Position numbers and translations under genes: made by a program. Positions 9,701-18,322 of a DNA stretch of 40,393 bases are shown here, in pieces; within the stretch, counting starts at the first letter, position 1, and each line of letters starts with the position of its first letter. The stretch lies in contig JASHSI010000040.1 in assembly GCA_030040915.1 (NCBI GenBank), positions 1 to 40,393 on the forward strand, read 5' to 3'. Origin of the DNA: Thermoplasmata archaeon. Its GTDB lineage: Archaea > Thermoplasmatota > Thermoplasmata > Lutacidiplasmatales > UBA184. A model generated the notes under the pieces. The model searched no databases and was not told the origin of the DNA. It saw only the letters and a list, made by a program, of their open reading frames with translations.

Positions 9701-10087
9701 GCACCGGATCGACTGTCGACCGGGCAGTCGCTCCGGCTCGAGGCGGACGTCTCCGGCGGGACCGGGAACTTGAGCTACACCTGGACCGGGCTTCCCGGGG
9801 GTTGCTCGAGCCAGGACCTGGCGACGATCTCTTGCACGCCGTCGCAGACGGGGAACTTCCGGATCTCGCTCTCGGTCACCGACTCGCTCGGACGCTCGGC
9901 GAACGGGTCGGTGAACGTCACCGTGTCGAAGGGCCCCCTCGGGGGGGCGGGTTCGACGACCTATCTCGCGCTCGCGGCAATCGTCGTGATCGGCCTTGGG
10001 GCCGTCATCGCGCTCGTCTCGGCCCGGAAGCGGCGGGCGACCCGGTCCCAGCCCCCCGACGGGACGAGCGACGAGCCGAGCCCGTAG
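6776..10087 (+). CDS. Thermopsin (A5) family protease with PKD/Ig-like repeats and C-terminal membrane anchor
   Basis: Signal peptide; thermopsin motifs PVGVGDFG, IQLNVV, YWIQDV, DNVWNFS, DAEWVIGGPGGG and DFGSDTAE; a PKD-like unit (YRWVFG...HTFGEAGDYEVNVTVTD); repeated GG.G.Y.Y.W.GLP.GC units; C-terminal TM followed by RKRR. Confidence 0.85.
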   Translation: MVGAKVAVRTALVTALLVTSAFGLAAPAARSAPVPWILPVAGPTSGSAGHEPMVAPDRSFEPGPPYWLGGPTDPASGRRLAPGGLTVDPFGYYSSEPAPVGVGDFGISSTGAAYTYNTTRFLATAHFGSWNAGPANVSTGNGNFTTIQLNVVVVLTHGKASADYWIQDVPFYNTSSHFITFEDNVWNFSGSSNHLPSRSVVGNGTIYGGEYYADGAASGLPGNGVALRSPANVSAEVVASDVRGLPYVAFLYNDGYGWVTYDNVTFPWTSGWTLRGFQVNGSSLNPFGLFNDAEWVIGGPGGGSGIIDESSNFTMDLEYYNGHNFEAVPNAYDFGSDTAENTANVVASTATAVDPFGTPGGRYVGGSGTLHALYGYKNQSIVNVTAEIGNATLLVNGSSVPYRGLDANLTLVPGTYRLTDTNGTPADSAKTVLVQAGQYTAVSFGVLSVEPASGRSDTTATAQASSFTPGSTLSITWGTNNASLCSGTVPPNGSYSCTFDVPLTANGTYEVTAHEDDPGQETAVEPFLVTTNLTLTLAADRDLTDAGGTVEFWANASLGYPPYASYRWVFGSDGSATTSTGRTNHTFGEAGDYEVNVTVTDQIGDLVSAAAGVVVNPDPTVGQPTASRSSADVGQSVDFSSLASGGSGGYTYAWSGLPVGCATDGPTATCPELTGVGNYSVAVAVNDTEGFEARSPATVFRVFAAPTLLGIDNLEPYTDAGQDVVLAAEVSNGSGRFTFNWSGLPSGCAPKTSTAEVSCAATNPGTLDVTVRATDSNGITTGSANLSVTVYPVPQVTVSADRPGTADAGQYARFEAGVTNGSGGFSYIWAGLPPGCATENSASLTCLMNVVGPFTVRAYVTDRSGTESQGDLPFTVDPTLVLGWVTPPPAGDDVGGTIPLAVEATGGLPTYAYNWSGLPGGCVAADEPTLTTCTPETAGTYTVNVTAEDANGFVATTASVEMTVHALPAVAAISAAPDRLSTGQSLRLEADVSGGTGNLSYTWTGLPGGCSSQDLATISCTPSQTGNFRISLSVTDSLGRSANGSVNVTVSKGPLGGAGSTTYLALAAIVVIGLGAVIALVSARKRRATRSQPPDGTSDEPSP

Positions 10088-10094
10088 GCGCCGA

Positions 10095-10511
10095 TCACCG
10101 GGCCGGGTCGGCCCCCTTCGGGGCAGCGGCCGAGGGCCCGGCCTCGAACCGGAGCGAGATCGAGTTCACGCAGTGCCGGGTGTTCTTCGGGGTGAACTTC
10201 TCCCCGAGGAAGACGTGGCCCAAGTGGGCCCCGCACCTCGCACACTCGATCTCGGTGCGTTCCCCATCCGGATCCGGGATCCGGCGGACCGCCCCCGCGA
10301 TCTCCTGGTCGAAGCTCGGCCACCCGCAGCCGGCGTCGAACTTGTCGGTCGAGCGGTAGAGCGCGGCGCCGCATCGCCGACACACGTAGGTGCCCGCCCC
10401 CCGATGGTGCTCGTACTCGCCCGAGAACGGTCGCTCGGTCCCCTTGTGCACGATGACCCGCTCCTCCTCCCGGGTGAGCTTCCTCCATCCCGGATGCTGG
10501 GGGTCCTCCAC
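10095..10511 (-). CDS. msrB: Peptide-methionine (R)-S-oxide reductase
   Basis: [33 protein letters not shown] and RHCVNSISL motifs. Confidence 0.95.
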   Translation of the reverse strand: MEDPQHPGWRKLTREEERVIVHKGTERPFSGEYEHHRGAGTYVCRRCGAALYRSTDKFDAGCGWPSFDQEIAGAVRRIPDPDGERTEIECARCGAHLGHVFLGEKFTPKNTRHCVNSISLRFEAGPSAAAPKGADPAR

Positions 10512-10829
10512 GGCCTAGCCCTCCCGACCCCGGAAGCCCCGCGGTGATCCGGTGGGCGGGGCCGACGCGCTCGGGAGGACGGGCTCGGGGGGTGGGGGTC
10601 TTCGGGGTCTCGCCATCGGATCCGGCGAGAGGGTACAGGCTCAAATTCCTTCGGGGCGCACCATGGCGCTGGGTCCGTGACCCCAGGCCCTTCCTCGAGC
10701 GACCTTGCCTCCCGGGGGCGCAGGTAATGAGCCCGTAGCCGACATCCGGTTCGAGGAGATGATCGAGCGCGATCGCGCCCCGGGGCGTGGCCGGGCCGCG
10801 CCAAGGGGCCCTTCCCCCGGGTTCGACCG

Positions 10830-11789
10830 ATGACCCGCATCCTGGTCGCCCTCGGGGGGAACGCGATCCAGCGTGCCCGCGACGCGGGCACCTGGTCGGA
10901 CGCGATCCGCCAGATGCGGCGAACGGCCCGCGCCCTCGTCGCCGTGGTCCGGGCCGGTCACGAGCTCGTCCTGACCCACGGGAACGGCCCCCAGGTCGGC
11001 GACCTGCTCCGCGAGGCCGAGCTCGGGGCGGCGGAGATCCCGCCCCCACCGATGCACGTCCTCGATGCGGAGACCGAGGGCCAGATCGGCTTCCTCATCG
11101 CGCAGGAGCTCGGCCGCGCCCTCGCTCGGGCCCGCCTCTCCCGGACGGTCCTGCCGATCGTGAGTCGGACGGAGGTCGCCCGGGCCGACCCGGCCTTCCG
11201 CGCGCCGGCGAAGCCGGTCGGGCGATTCTACTCGGCCGCGGAGGCGAAGCGCCTCGCCTCCCTCCACGGATGGACGATGCGCGTCGACCCCGCCCGCGGG
11301 GGCTGGCGGCGGGTGGTGGCCTCCCCGCGCCCCCGACGATGGCTCGAGGGCGAGGCGGTCCGCTCCGCCCTCGACGCCGGGCTCGGTCGTTCCTCGGTCC
11401 TCGTCGTCTCGGGAGGGGGCGGGATCCCGGTCGTCCGCTCCCAGAACGGCGGGTTCGACGGCGTGGACGCGGTGGTCGACAAGGACCGGGCCGCGGCGGT
11501 CGTGGCCCGCCAGCTCGGCGCAACGACGCTCGCGATCGTCACCGACGTCCCGGGGGCCGCGGTCGGCTTCCGAGGACCTCGGCCGGAATGGCTCGGAAAC
11601 GTGACCGCCGGTCGTCTCTCGGCGCTCCTCGCCGCCGGGGAGTTCGCCGAAGGGAGCATGGGCCCGAAGGTGGGGGCGGGGCTCGACTTCCTCCGGGCCG
11701 GGGGCCGCTACTTCGTCATCACCGACGTCCGTTCGCTGCCACGGGCCCTCCGGGGCGAGGCCGGCACGCGGGTGGGGAGGCCGGGGTGA
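10830..11789 (+). CDS. arcC: Carbamate kinase
   Basis: VALGGNA, THGNGPQVG, KPVGRFY, GWRRVVASPRP, GGGGIPV, AVVDKD and GSMGPKV motifs. Confidence 0.93.
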   Translation: MTRILVALGGNAIQRARDAGTWSDAIRQMRRTARALVAVVRAGHELVLTHGNGPQVGDLLREAELGAAEIPPPPMHVLDAETEGQIGFLIAQELGRALARARLSRTVLPIVSRTEVARADPAFRAPAKPVGRFYSAAEAKRLASLHGWTMRVDPARGGWRRVVASPRPRRWLEGEAVRSALDAGLGRSSVLVVSGGGGIPVVRSQNGGFDGVDAVVDKDRAAAVVARQLGATTLAIVTDVPGAAVGFRGPRPEWLGNVTAGRLSALLAAGEFAEGSMGPKVGAGLDFLRAGGRYFVITDVRSLPRALRGEAGTRVGRPG

Positions 11790-12511
11790 GCACACCTGGG
11801 GTCGCGACAGAGCCCCTCTCGCTGCTCGGGATCACCGTCCGGAGAGCGAGCGTGAGCGGCCGGTTCTTCCTCGTCTACGGCACCGGGATGTCGATCTTCC
11901 TCGGCGTCGTCCTCGCGATCACTCCCGGCGGCGCGTTCAGCACCTCGTTCCCGGTCCTCCTCCCGATCTTCGCGGCGGTCGGCTCGATGGGGGGGCTTGT
12001 GGTGTTCAGCAACGACCGGATCAAGGGGGTCCTCGAGTGCCTGATGGCGTACGGGATCTCGCCCCGCCGCCTGTTCACGAACGCCCTCGCCGCTTCCCTC
12101 GTCCTGGCGAGCGTGGTGCTGGTGGGGTCCATCGGCGTCGGGGTCGGCGTCGACCTCGCCGCGGGGCACCCGCTGACGCGGAACCTGGCGCTCTTCCTCA
12201 CCGTGTACTCCATCCCGATGAGCTACGTCTCGGCGGCGTTCGCCGCGACGATCGGGATGTACTGGACCGCGCTCTCCTCGCCGCGCGCCGGGATGAACAG
12301 CCCGATCGGCCTCGCCCCCTTCTTCGGGATCCTCCCCCCGGTCACCACGTTGGTGCTGTTCGCGGCGCTCGGGATCGCGGGCGACGTGAGCGATGGGTTC
12401 TTCCTCGCCGTCGCCGCCGCGGTGGCGGGCGGGGTGGCCGTGATCGTGGGGCTCCTCCTGGGGCTCATCGGCCGGTTGCTCCGGCGGGAACGGCTGCTCT
12501 CGCCGGCGTGA
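11786..12511 (+). CDS. ABC-2-type exporter membrane subunit
   Basis: About 6 hydrophobic segments and an NDRIKGVLECLMAYGIS motif. GTG start overlaps the arcC TGA; the gene precedes an ABC ATPase. Confidence 0.72.
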   Translation: MSTPGVATEPLSLLGITVRRASVSGRFFLVYGTGMSIFLGVVLAITPGGAFSTSFPVLLPIFAAVGSMGGLVVFSNDRIKGVLECLMAYGISPRRLFTNALAASLVLASVVLVGSIGVGVGVDLAAGHPLTRNLALFLTVYSIPMSYVSAAFAATIGMYWTALSSPRAGMNSPIGLAPFFGILPPVTTLVLFAALGIAGDVSDGFFLAVAAAVAGGVAVIVGLLLGLIGRLLRRERLLSPA

Positions 12512-12519
12512 GGCGGACG

Positions 12520-13410
12520 ATGGGAGATCGGGGCGAATCGGGGACCCCCGCTCCCGGGGAGGGTCGGGCCGTGCTCGACTGCCGGTCCGTGAGCGCCGGC
12601 TACCTCGGCACCGAGGTCCTCCACGAGGTCTCCTTCCGCGTCGGTGAACCGGCGATCTACGTCGTGCTCGGCCCGAACGGCGCCGGCAAGACCACCCTCT
12701 TCCGGACCCTCTCGGGGATCCTCCGCCCGACGCACGGGGAGGTACGGATCCAAGGCACGGCGGTCGACGGGGACGGAACCCGGGGGAGCCTCCACTATCT
12801 TTCCCATCTCGACGGGATCCCGGACGGCCTCAACGTGCGCGAGGCGCTCGAGTTCTACGCTCGGGTGGAAGGGGCGGGGGCGGCCGACGTCGAGCGGATC
12901 CTCGATCGGCTCGAGCTGCGCGCGCTCGCCGACCGGTACTTCTCGGAGCTGAGCTCGGGCCAGCGCCGGCGGGTCGCGATCGGACGGATCTTCCTGCGGG
13001 AGCGCGAGATCTACCTCCTCGACGAACCGACGAGCAACCTCGACCCGAAGGCCGCCCGCGAGATCCGCGCCCTGATCCTCGAGCTCAGCCGGGAGAAGGT
13101 CGTGCTCTACTCGTCGCACAACCTGTTCGAGGCCCGGGAGATCGGCCGCTACGTCCTCCTGTTGCGCGACGGTCGGCTCGCCCTGTTCGACCGGATCGAG
13201 AACCTGAGGAGCGCCCGCTACGTCGTGGGCATCCGCCTCCTCGAGCCCGCCTCGGGGTTCTCCGATGCCGCGCGTCAAGGGGAGTACTACCTGATGGAGC
13301 TCTCCGGCCCGGAGGAGGTGCCGAGGCTCCTCCACGACCTCGACGCCCGGAGGGTCAAGGTTCGCGAGGTCCGGGAGATGGACAACCCGCTCGAGGACCT
13401 GTTCGCCTGA
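12520..13410 (+). CDS. ABC transporter ATP-binding protein (multidrug/CcmA-like)
   Basis: Walker A GPNGAGKTT, LSSGQ signature, LLDEPTSNLD, H-loop SSH, C-terminal LEDLF. Confidence 0.92.
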   Translation: MGDRGESGTPAPGEGRAVLDCRSVSAGYLGTEVLHEVSFRVGEPAIYVVLGPNGAGKTTLFRTLSGILRPTHGEVRIQGTAVDGDGTRGSLHYLSHLDGIPDGLNVREALEFYARVEGAGAADVERILDRLELRALADRYFSELSSGQRRRVAIGRIFLREREIYLLDEPTSNLDPKAAREIRALILELSREKVVLYSSHNLFEAREIGRYVLLLRDGRLALFDRIENLRSARYVVGIRLLEPASGFSDAARQGEYYLMELSGPEEVPRLLHDLDARRVKVREVREMDNPLEDLFA

Positions 13411-13443
13411 CCGAGCGCCCGACCGGGGCCGACCGAGCGGCGC

Positions 13444-14487
13444 TCAGCCCGAGCGGGCGCGGGCCGGTGCCTCCCGCCCGGACGCCCGGTGCATGGCGGG
13501 ATAGCGGTGGTGGACGTGCGGGCGGATCGATTCGACCGGCTCGACGATGACCTCCGCGTGATCGAGGTGACGTTCGATCGTGGCGAGGACCGAGCCTTGG
13601 GCGGAGCGAACGGGCGCACGGCCCGGAGTCCGCGCGCTCGTCTGCCCGATGCCGAGGAGCAGGACTCGGCGGCCCGCCGAAGCCAGCAGGAGGGGGAAGG
13701 AGTGGCACTCCGCCGTGAGATCGTGGAGCAGCTCGGTCGGCGCCGCCGGGACCCTCAGGTCGCCGAACACGTAGAGTAGCTCCCCAAGGCGGCGCCCGTC
13801 AAGGGGAGGGACCCGCGCTGGATCGAGCACCGTACGGGGCTGGAGAACGCCCCGATCCACGGCGCGACGCTCGGGTCGCTGCGTCCGCAGGAAGTTGGTC
13901 CAGGGAGAGGCTTGACCTTCGCGGTGACCTCGGGCTTCGAGCGCACGGGCCGCCGAGCCGGCCGTTCGAGGACCCGACGGGCCGGCCGAAAGGTCGAGAC
14001 CGGCCGGGTACGCGGCGGGTACGTCCTCCCCCCCGAAGCGGGCCCAGAGACCCGAGAAGTCGAAGTACACGGGGATGGAGCCCGAATCGCGCTCGACGAA
14101 CAGGCGGGCGGGGGGCGAGGAACCGCCGTTCGGCGGGGGTCCAGCCGACGCGATCGGCCCATCCCTCCGGTAGAACACCCCGAAGACGGAATGCACGCCG
14201 GCCCACAGGAGGACGGTCTCGAGGTCCTGGGTCCAACCGGCGAGGAGCGAGCTCCACTCGGCGATCGGCGGCCGGGCGAGGACAAGCTCGACCCCGGCGT
14301 ACCCGAACGGGCCGGGATTCGGGATCAGGATGTCCTCGAGCCATCCCTCCGAGAAGATCCTCCGCCGCGCGACGTTGTAGGTCGACGAGGAGAGGGCGGA
14401 GAGGCGGATCCGCTCCCGCTCGGTCGCCCGCGGGAGCGCGAGGATCGCTTGCGCCGCCCGGTACTCGGCGTCGGTGAGCTCCCGCAC
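13444..14487 (-). CDS. Hypothetical protein, probable winged-HTH transcriptional regulator (duplicated Lrp-like layout)
   Basis: N-terminal ERERIRLSALSSSTYNVARRRIFSEGWL is HTH-like, and a second similar unit occurs (RRAVDRGVLQPRTVLDP). GTG 14487 chosen as start; the ORF is open to 14523. Confidence 0.5.
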   Translation of the reverse strand: MRELTDAEYRAAQAILALPRATERERIRLSALSSSTYNVARRRIFSEGWLEDILIPNPGPFGYAGVELVLARPPIAEWSSLLAGWTQDLETVLLWAGVHSVFGVFYRRDGPIASAGPPPNGGSSPPARLFVERDSGSIPVYFDFSGLWARFGGEDVPAAYPAGLDLSAGPSGPRTAGSAARALEARGHREGQASPWTNFLRTQRPERRAVDRGVLQPRTVLDPARVPPLDGRRLGELLYVFGDLRVPAAPTELLHDLTAECHSFPLLLASAGRRVLLLGIGQTSARTPGRAPVRSAQGSVLATIERHLDHAEVIVEPVESIRPHVHHRYPAMHRASGREAPARARSG

Positions 14488-14579
14488 GTGCCGCCCGGCC
14501 TCGGAAGGCCAAGGGTAGTACAATTTCCCACCGAAAAGCTGTCGCCGGGTTGAAGTCCCGCCCGACCCTCGCTTCCCTC

Positions 14580-15233
14580 ATGCGGCCGCGGGGTCCGGGG
14601 CCCGACGTACGTTCCGGGCTGAAGCTGGGGATCGCCCTCGCCATCCTCCTTTCGGCCAGTTCGGTCGGCCTCCTCGCTTACGCCGCCCCGTCCGATCGGG
14701 ATCGCCCAGCCGCTGCACCGGGCATCCCGCTCCAGATCCCCGCGGTGGGGGAGACCTACCCTGTGACGTTCGAGGAGCATGGGCTTCCCAACGGAACCAA
14801 TTGGTCGATCCGGGTCAACGGCGCCTCCTCGTTCAGCTCGGGGGAGTCGATCGTCGTCGACCTGGGGAACGGATCGTACACCTACGCAGGGTACGCGGCG
14901 TCGAACGGCTACTCGAACGGCTCCTTTGACGTCCAAGGGGGGCCGACCGCGGTCGGGGTGACCTGGACGGCGTCCGAACCGGTCTCCCCACCAGTTTCCG
15001 CAGGGGCCTCCCAGGGGCCCCCTATCCCCGCTCCCGTTTGGGGAGCGGCGTTCGCCGCGGTGGCCCTGACGATCGCGGTGGCGACCGTGGCCGTCACCCG
15101 GCGTCGCCGCCAGTCGATCACCGCGGAGCTCCCCGCCCGGCGATCCGCGCGAGAGCCGGCTCCGGCGAGCCTCACCGGTGCTCCCGGCGTCGAGGACGCT
15201 CCGGAGCCGGATCCTCTCGCCCACATGCTCTGA
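14580..15233 (+). CDS. Small secreted, membrane-anchored protein with a Thermoplasmatales-type beta repeat
   Basis: N-terminal hydrophobic segment, a YPVTFEEHGLPNGTNWSIRVNG repeat, and a C-terminal TM followed by RRRR. Confidence 0.65.
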   Translation: MRPRGPGPDVRSGLKLGIALAILLSASSVGLLAYAAPSDRDRPAAAPGIPLQIPAVGETYPVTFEEHGLPNGTNWSIRVNGASSFSSGESIVVDLGNGSYTYAGYAASNGYSNGSFDVQGGPTAVGVTWTASEPVSPPVSAGASQGPPIPAPVWGAAFAAVALTIAVATVAVTRRRRQSITAELPARRSAREPAPASLTGAPGVEDAPEPDPLAHML

Positions 15234-15269
15234 TCCCGACGTCGGACACGAACATAGGAGGGCCGAAAG

Positions 15270-17615
15270 ATGATCGAAGGAACGGACGAACGCGCGAAGG
15301 CCGTGGACCCGGAAGCGACCATCCGACGATCGAACCCGGCGGTCCCCTCGGGGAGCCATGCCGGGCGGACGACGGGCGCACCGAGGACCGACCGCCGTAA
15401 GGTGTGGTACGTCGGGATCGCCGTGGTGATCCTGATCGGCGGCATCGGCCTCTCGGTCGTCGCTGAGGCCACCCCCGAGTACACCTCGAGCCTGCTCCCC
15501 GATTCCGGATCGTTCTACGCACTCGCGGAGGCCGGCAACACGCTCTATGCCGCTTCGGACAACGGCGGGTCGATCCTCCTGGAGCGAAGCACCGACCAAG
15601 GCGGGAGCTGGACGGCGAGCCCGGTCCCGTACTCGGCGGTGGCCGGCGGCGCTCCCTGGACCTACGCCGTCGTGGCCGCGGACGGGTCCGACATCATCAT
15701 GGCGGCGTCGACCGGGAGCCCCTCCGAGTACGTGAGCGCCGTCCCCCCCAGCGACCCCGTGAATTCGGGGGTGACGCCCGAGCTGACGAATGGGACGTGC
15801 AGCGAGAGTTCGACGATCCTTCTCGCGGCGAGCGGCAACGGGGGGGCCTCTTGGCAGTCACGGACCTTCTCCACCCCCGGGCTCGTGGTGACCTCGCTCC
15901 AGGCGAACCTCGTGGGGGACCTCGCCGCGGTGGCCTGGCTTGCCGAGAGCACCGCCTGCTTTGCGAACAACGAGACGGCTCAATCCGTCACGAGCTCCGA
16001 TGCGGGGGCCTCCTGGTCGACGGTGCAGGCGATTTCGCCCGCGGACGCCGCGATCCCCGATGGCGAGGCGCTCGAAATGGCCCCGGGCGTCGGCGGCCTT
16101 GACCTCGCGTTCGTGGCGGACCCGTCGAACGGAACGCCCCCCGAGCTCACGATATGGAACTTCACCGGGGGCGACGGGCCGACGTTCGCCCCGATGCTTC
16201 TCCTGGTCGCCCCGTCGAGCTGGACCCTCCAGGGCCAGCCCGACGCGGGGGCGTTCTTGCTCACGCCGAGCTACCTCATTCCGCTGACCTCCGGCTCGAT
16301 CACGGCGCTCCCGTTCGACCAGTTGGCGAGCGACGACAGCGACCTCGGGAGCCTTCCGGACGTCGTCTCGCTCGTCTCGACCTCGCCGGGCACGGTCGTC
16401 ATCGCCGCCACGACCTCGAACGACCTCGGGGTCGACTGCTGGCAGGTCACCCTCGCGACGGGCTCGGTCGCCGAGACCTGCCACGTACCGCTCGACTCCT
16501 TCCTCGGGTCGTCCTCGGGGGCCCTCCCCATCGTGGCCCTCCTCGACGGCGGAAACTTCTGGACCGCCATCGGGGCGTCCTCCGGAGGTGGCTGCGCGGG
16601 TCCCGTAGAATGCGGCGGCGGAACCTCCTCGGGTGGGTCCTCCGGGGACGTACCGGTGGCGGCCCCCTCCTCCGTCGGGACCTCGGTCTGCGCCGCCGGG
16701 TGCACCTCCACCGCGGGGTTGGTGAGCTATTCCTACACGATGTCGAGCGCCGGGTACCAAGAGACCCTGACCGTCCTCGGGATCGCCTTGGCGGTCGCGG
16801 GCGTGGTCGGCCTGATCGTCGCCGTATGGAACGATCGGCGGGAGGGCCGATCCGCCCCGGGCGCGGACGCTCCTTCGGCCGAAGCCCGGGCCGCCCGGTC
16901 GTACCGGTACGCCCTCGTCGCCTGGGCCGCCGCCTGGAGCCCGCTCGCGGTGCTAGCCCTAATACCCGGAGGATCGGCCCAGACCACGCTGTTCCTCGCG
17001 CTGATCGCGGTCGGCCTCCTCGGTGGAGCGGCCGCTTCGGCCCCATTCGTTACTCGCGTTCGTCGGGAGCTCGCGAGCTCGACCGGTTTTTCGACGAGCG
17101 CGTGGATGGACGGGTCGATCTCGGCCCCGCCCGGCTCGCCGCTCGACCGGATGCGATGGACCAGCGCGTTCGCCTACGCAAGCTGGCTCGCGGCGTTCGG
17201 GATCCTCGTGGTCCTGATCGCCGACCTCGCGGGGGCCGTATCCGCGGATGGATTCACCTCGGTCGGTGCGCCGATCGTCGTTCTCGTGGTCTCCTTCGCC
17301 GTCCTCCGGATCCTGTACCATCACGGGCTCGCGAGGCTGACCGCGGTCGAGATGGATGGGAATCGAGTGGGCGCGTCCGCCGCCCAGGGTTTCCGCAGCG
17401 CCGCCGGGGCCGCGCTGCTCCCGTGGAACCCGTTCGTCGGGCTCCTGATCGGGGTGGCGGTCGCGAGCGGAGGGGCGGGCGACCCATTCCTCTTCGCCTG
17501 GGCGTTCCTACCGGTGACCCTCCTCGGGATCGCCTTGTCGTGCGGGGCGTTCGGCCCCACGCTCTGGTCGGCTCCCGTGGCCCGATCGCGCCCGGCCCCC
17601 GCGATCGGCGCTTAG
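15270..17615 (+). CDS. Polytopic membrane protein with an extracellular BNR/Asp-box (sialidase-like) domain
   Basis: N-terminal TM; Asp-boxes STDQGGSW, SGNGGASW and SSDAGASW; a Cys/Gly/Ser linker; about 7 C-terminal TM segments. Confidence 0.65.
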   Translation: MIEGTDERAKAVDPEATIRRSNPAVPSGSHAGRTTGAPRTDRRKVWYVGIAVVILIGGIGLSVVAEATPEYTSSLLPDSGSFYALAEAGNTLYAASDNGGSILLERSTDQGGSWTASPVPYSAVAGGAPWTYAVVAADGSDIIMAASTGSPSEYVSAVPPSDPVNSGVTPELTNGTCSESSTILLAASGNGGASWQSRTFSTPGLVVTSLQANLVGDLAAVAWLAESTACFANNETAQSVTSSDAGASWSTVQAISPADAAIPDGEALEMAPGVGGLDLAFVADPSNGTPPELTIWNFTGGDGPTFAPMLLLVAPSSWTLQGQPDAGAFLLTPSYLIPLTSGSITALPFDQLASDDSDLGSLPDVVSLVSTSPGTVVIAATTSNDLGVDCWQVTLATGSVAETCHVPLDSFLGSSSGALPIVALLDGGNFWTAIGASSGGGCAGPVECGGGTSSGGSSGDVPVAAPSSVGTSVCAAGCTSTAGLVSYSYTMSSAGYQETLTVLGIALAVAGVVGLIVAVWNDRREGRSAPGADAPSAEARAARSYRYALVAWAAAWSPLAVLALIPGGSAQTTLFLALIAVGLLGGAAASAPFVTRVRRELASSTGFSTSAWMDGSISAPPGSPLDRMRWTSAFAYASWLAAFGILVVLIADLAGAVSADGFTSVGAPIVVLVVSFAVLRILYHHGLARLTAVEMDGNRVGASAAQGFRSAAGAALLPWNPFVGLLIGVAVASGGAGDPFLFAWAFLPVTLLGIALSCGAFGPTLWSAPVARSRPAPAIGA

Positions 17616-17779
17616 GCGACGGGAAGCCTGGACGCCGGCGACGTTGGGGCGGCATCGACCGGCCGAAACCACGGTCCGTTGGCGGATCGTGGGGGGCGGG
17701 CACCGGGGAAGGGCGTACCCTCCCCTGCCGCCCGGTCCGCCGGACGGGGGGACTCGGAGGTCGGCCAAGATTTTGGTAC

Positions 17780-17804
17780 TCATGTAACATATAATGTTAC
17801 ATGA
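17780..17804. promoter_or_regulatory. Perfect 11-3-11 inverted repeat, probable Rrf2 operator
   Basis: TCATGTAACAT-ATA-ATGTTACATGA. It is AT-rich, contains TATAAT and overlaps the Rrf2 ATG at 17801. Confidence 0.8.
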
Positions 17805-18322
17805 TGACCGACCGGCGACTGTCGCTCGCGCTCCATGCCCTCCAACATCTCCACGGACGCAAGACGCCCGTGACCTCGGAGGAGCTCGGTTCCCTGCTGA
17901 AGGCCCACCCCGTGGTGCTGCGGAGGACCTTCGCCGGACTTCGGGAGTCGGGAATTCTGCGAGCCGCCAAGGGGCACCGCGGCGGATGGTCGCTCGGGAG
18001 ATCACTCGACAGGATCTCGCTCCGGGAGGTGTACGACGCCGCTGGGATCACGCCGAGGTTCTCCCTCCGTCGAGTCGGGCCGCCGGCCCGGTGCGTCCTC
18101 GAGCGGGCGGCCGATCGGACCCTCGAGAACGCCTCCTCCGAGGCCGAGGCCCACCTGAGGATGCGCCTCCAGGCGACGATGGTCTCCGGACTTCTGGAGG
18201 TGGCCCGCGCCCGGAAGGAGGGACGAGATGGAGGATGTCATCGTCGTCGGGGGGAGCTTTGCCGGCCTCTCGGCGGCGATGTACCTCGCCCGAGCTCGAA
18301 GGAGGTTGCTCGTCGCGGATAG
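17801..18322 (+). CDS. Rrf2-family transcriptional regulator (YwnA/HypR-like, single conserved-region Cys)
   Basis: LSLALHAL, TSEEL, HPVVLRR, GHRGGWSL, ISLREVYDA and RCVLE motifs; no 3-Cys Fe-S motif. Confidence 0.85.
   Translation: MMTDRRLSLALHALQHLHGRKTPVTSEELGSLLKAHPVVLRRTFAGLRESGILRAAKGHRGGWSLGRSLDRISLREVYDAAGITPRFSLRRVGPPARCVLERAADRTLENASSEAEAHLRMRLQATMVSGLLEVARARKEGRDGGCHRRRGELCRPLGGDVPRPSSKEVARRG

Noticed and set aside
10520-10830. SRP RNA or RNase P RNA, suggested by the spacer size
   Set aside because: It lacks the SRP helix-8 AGG..GGAA..AGCA motif and the RNase P P4 consensus on both strands.
10638-10830. Permuted tRNA (3'-end-like segment upstream of GCGCCCC)
   Set aside because: No U8/A14, no valid anticodon arm, and no BHB joining the halves.
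17741-17757. att-like copy of the tRNA-Ala 3' end
   Set aside because: Only a G-run is shared; there is no exact repeat and no integrase.
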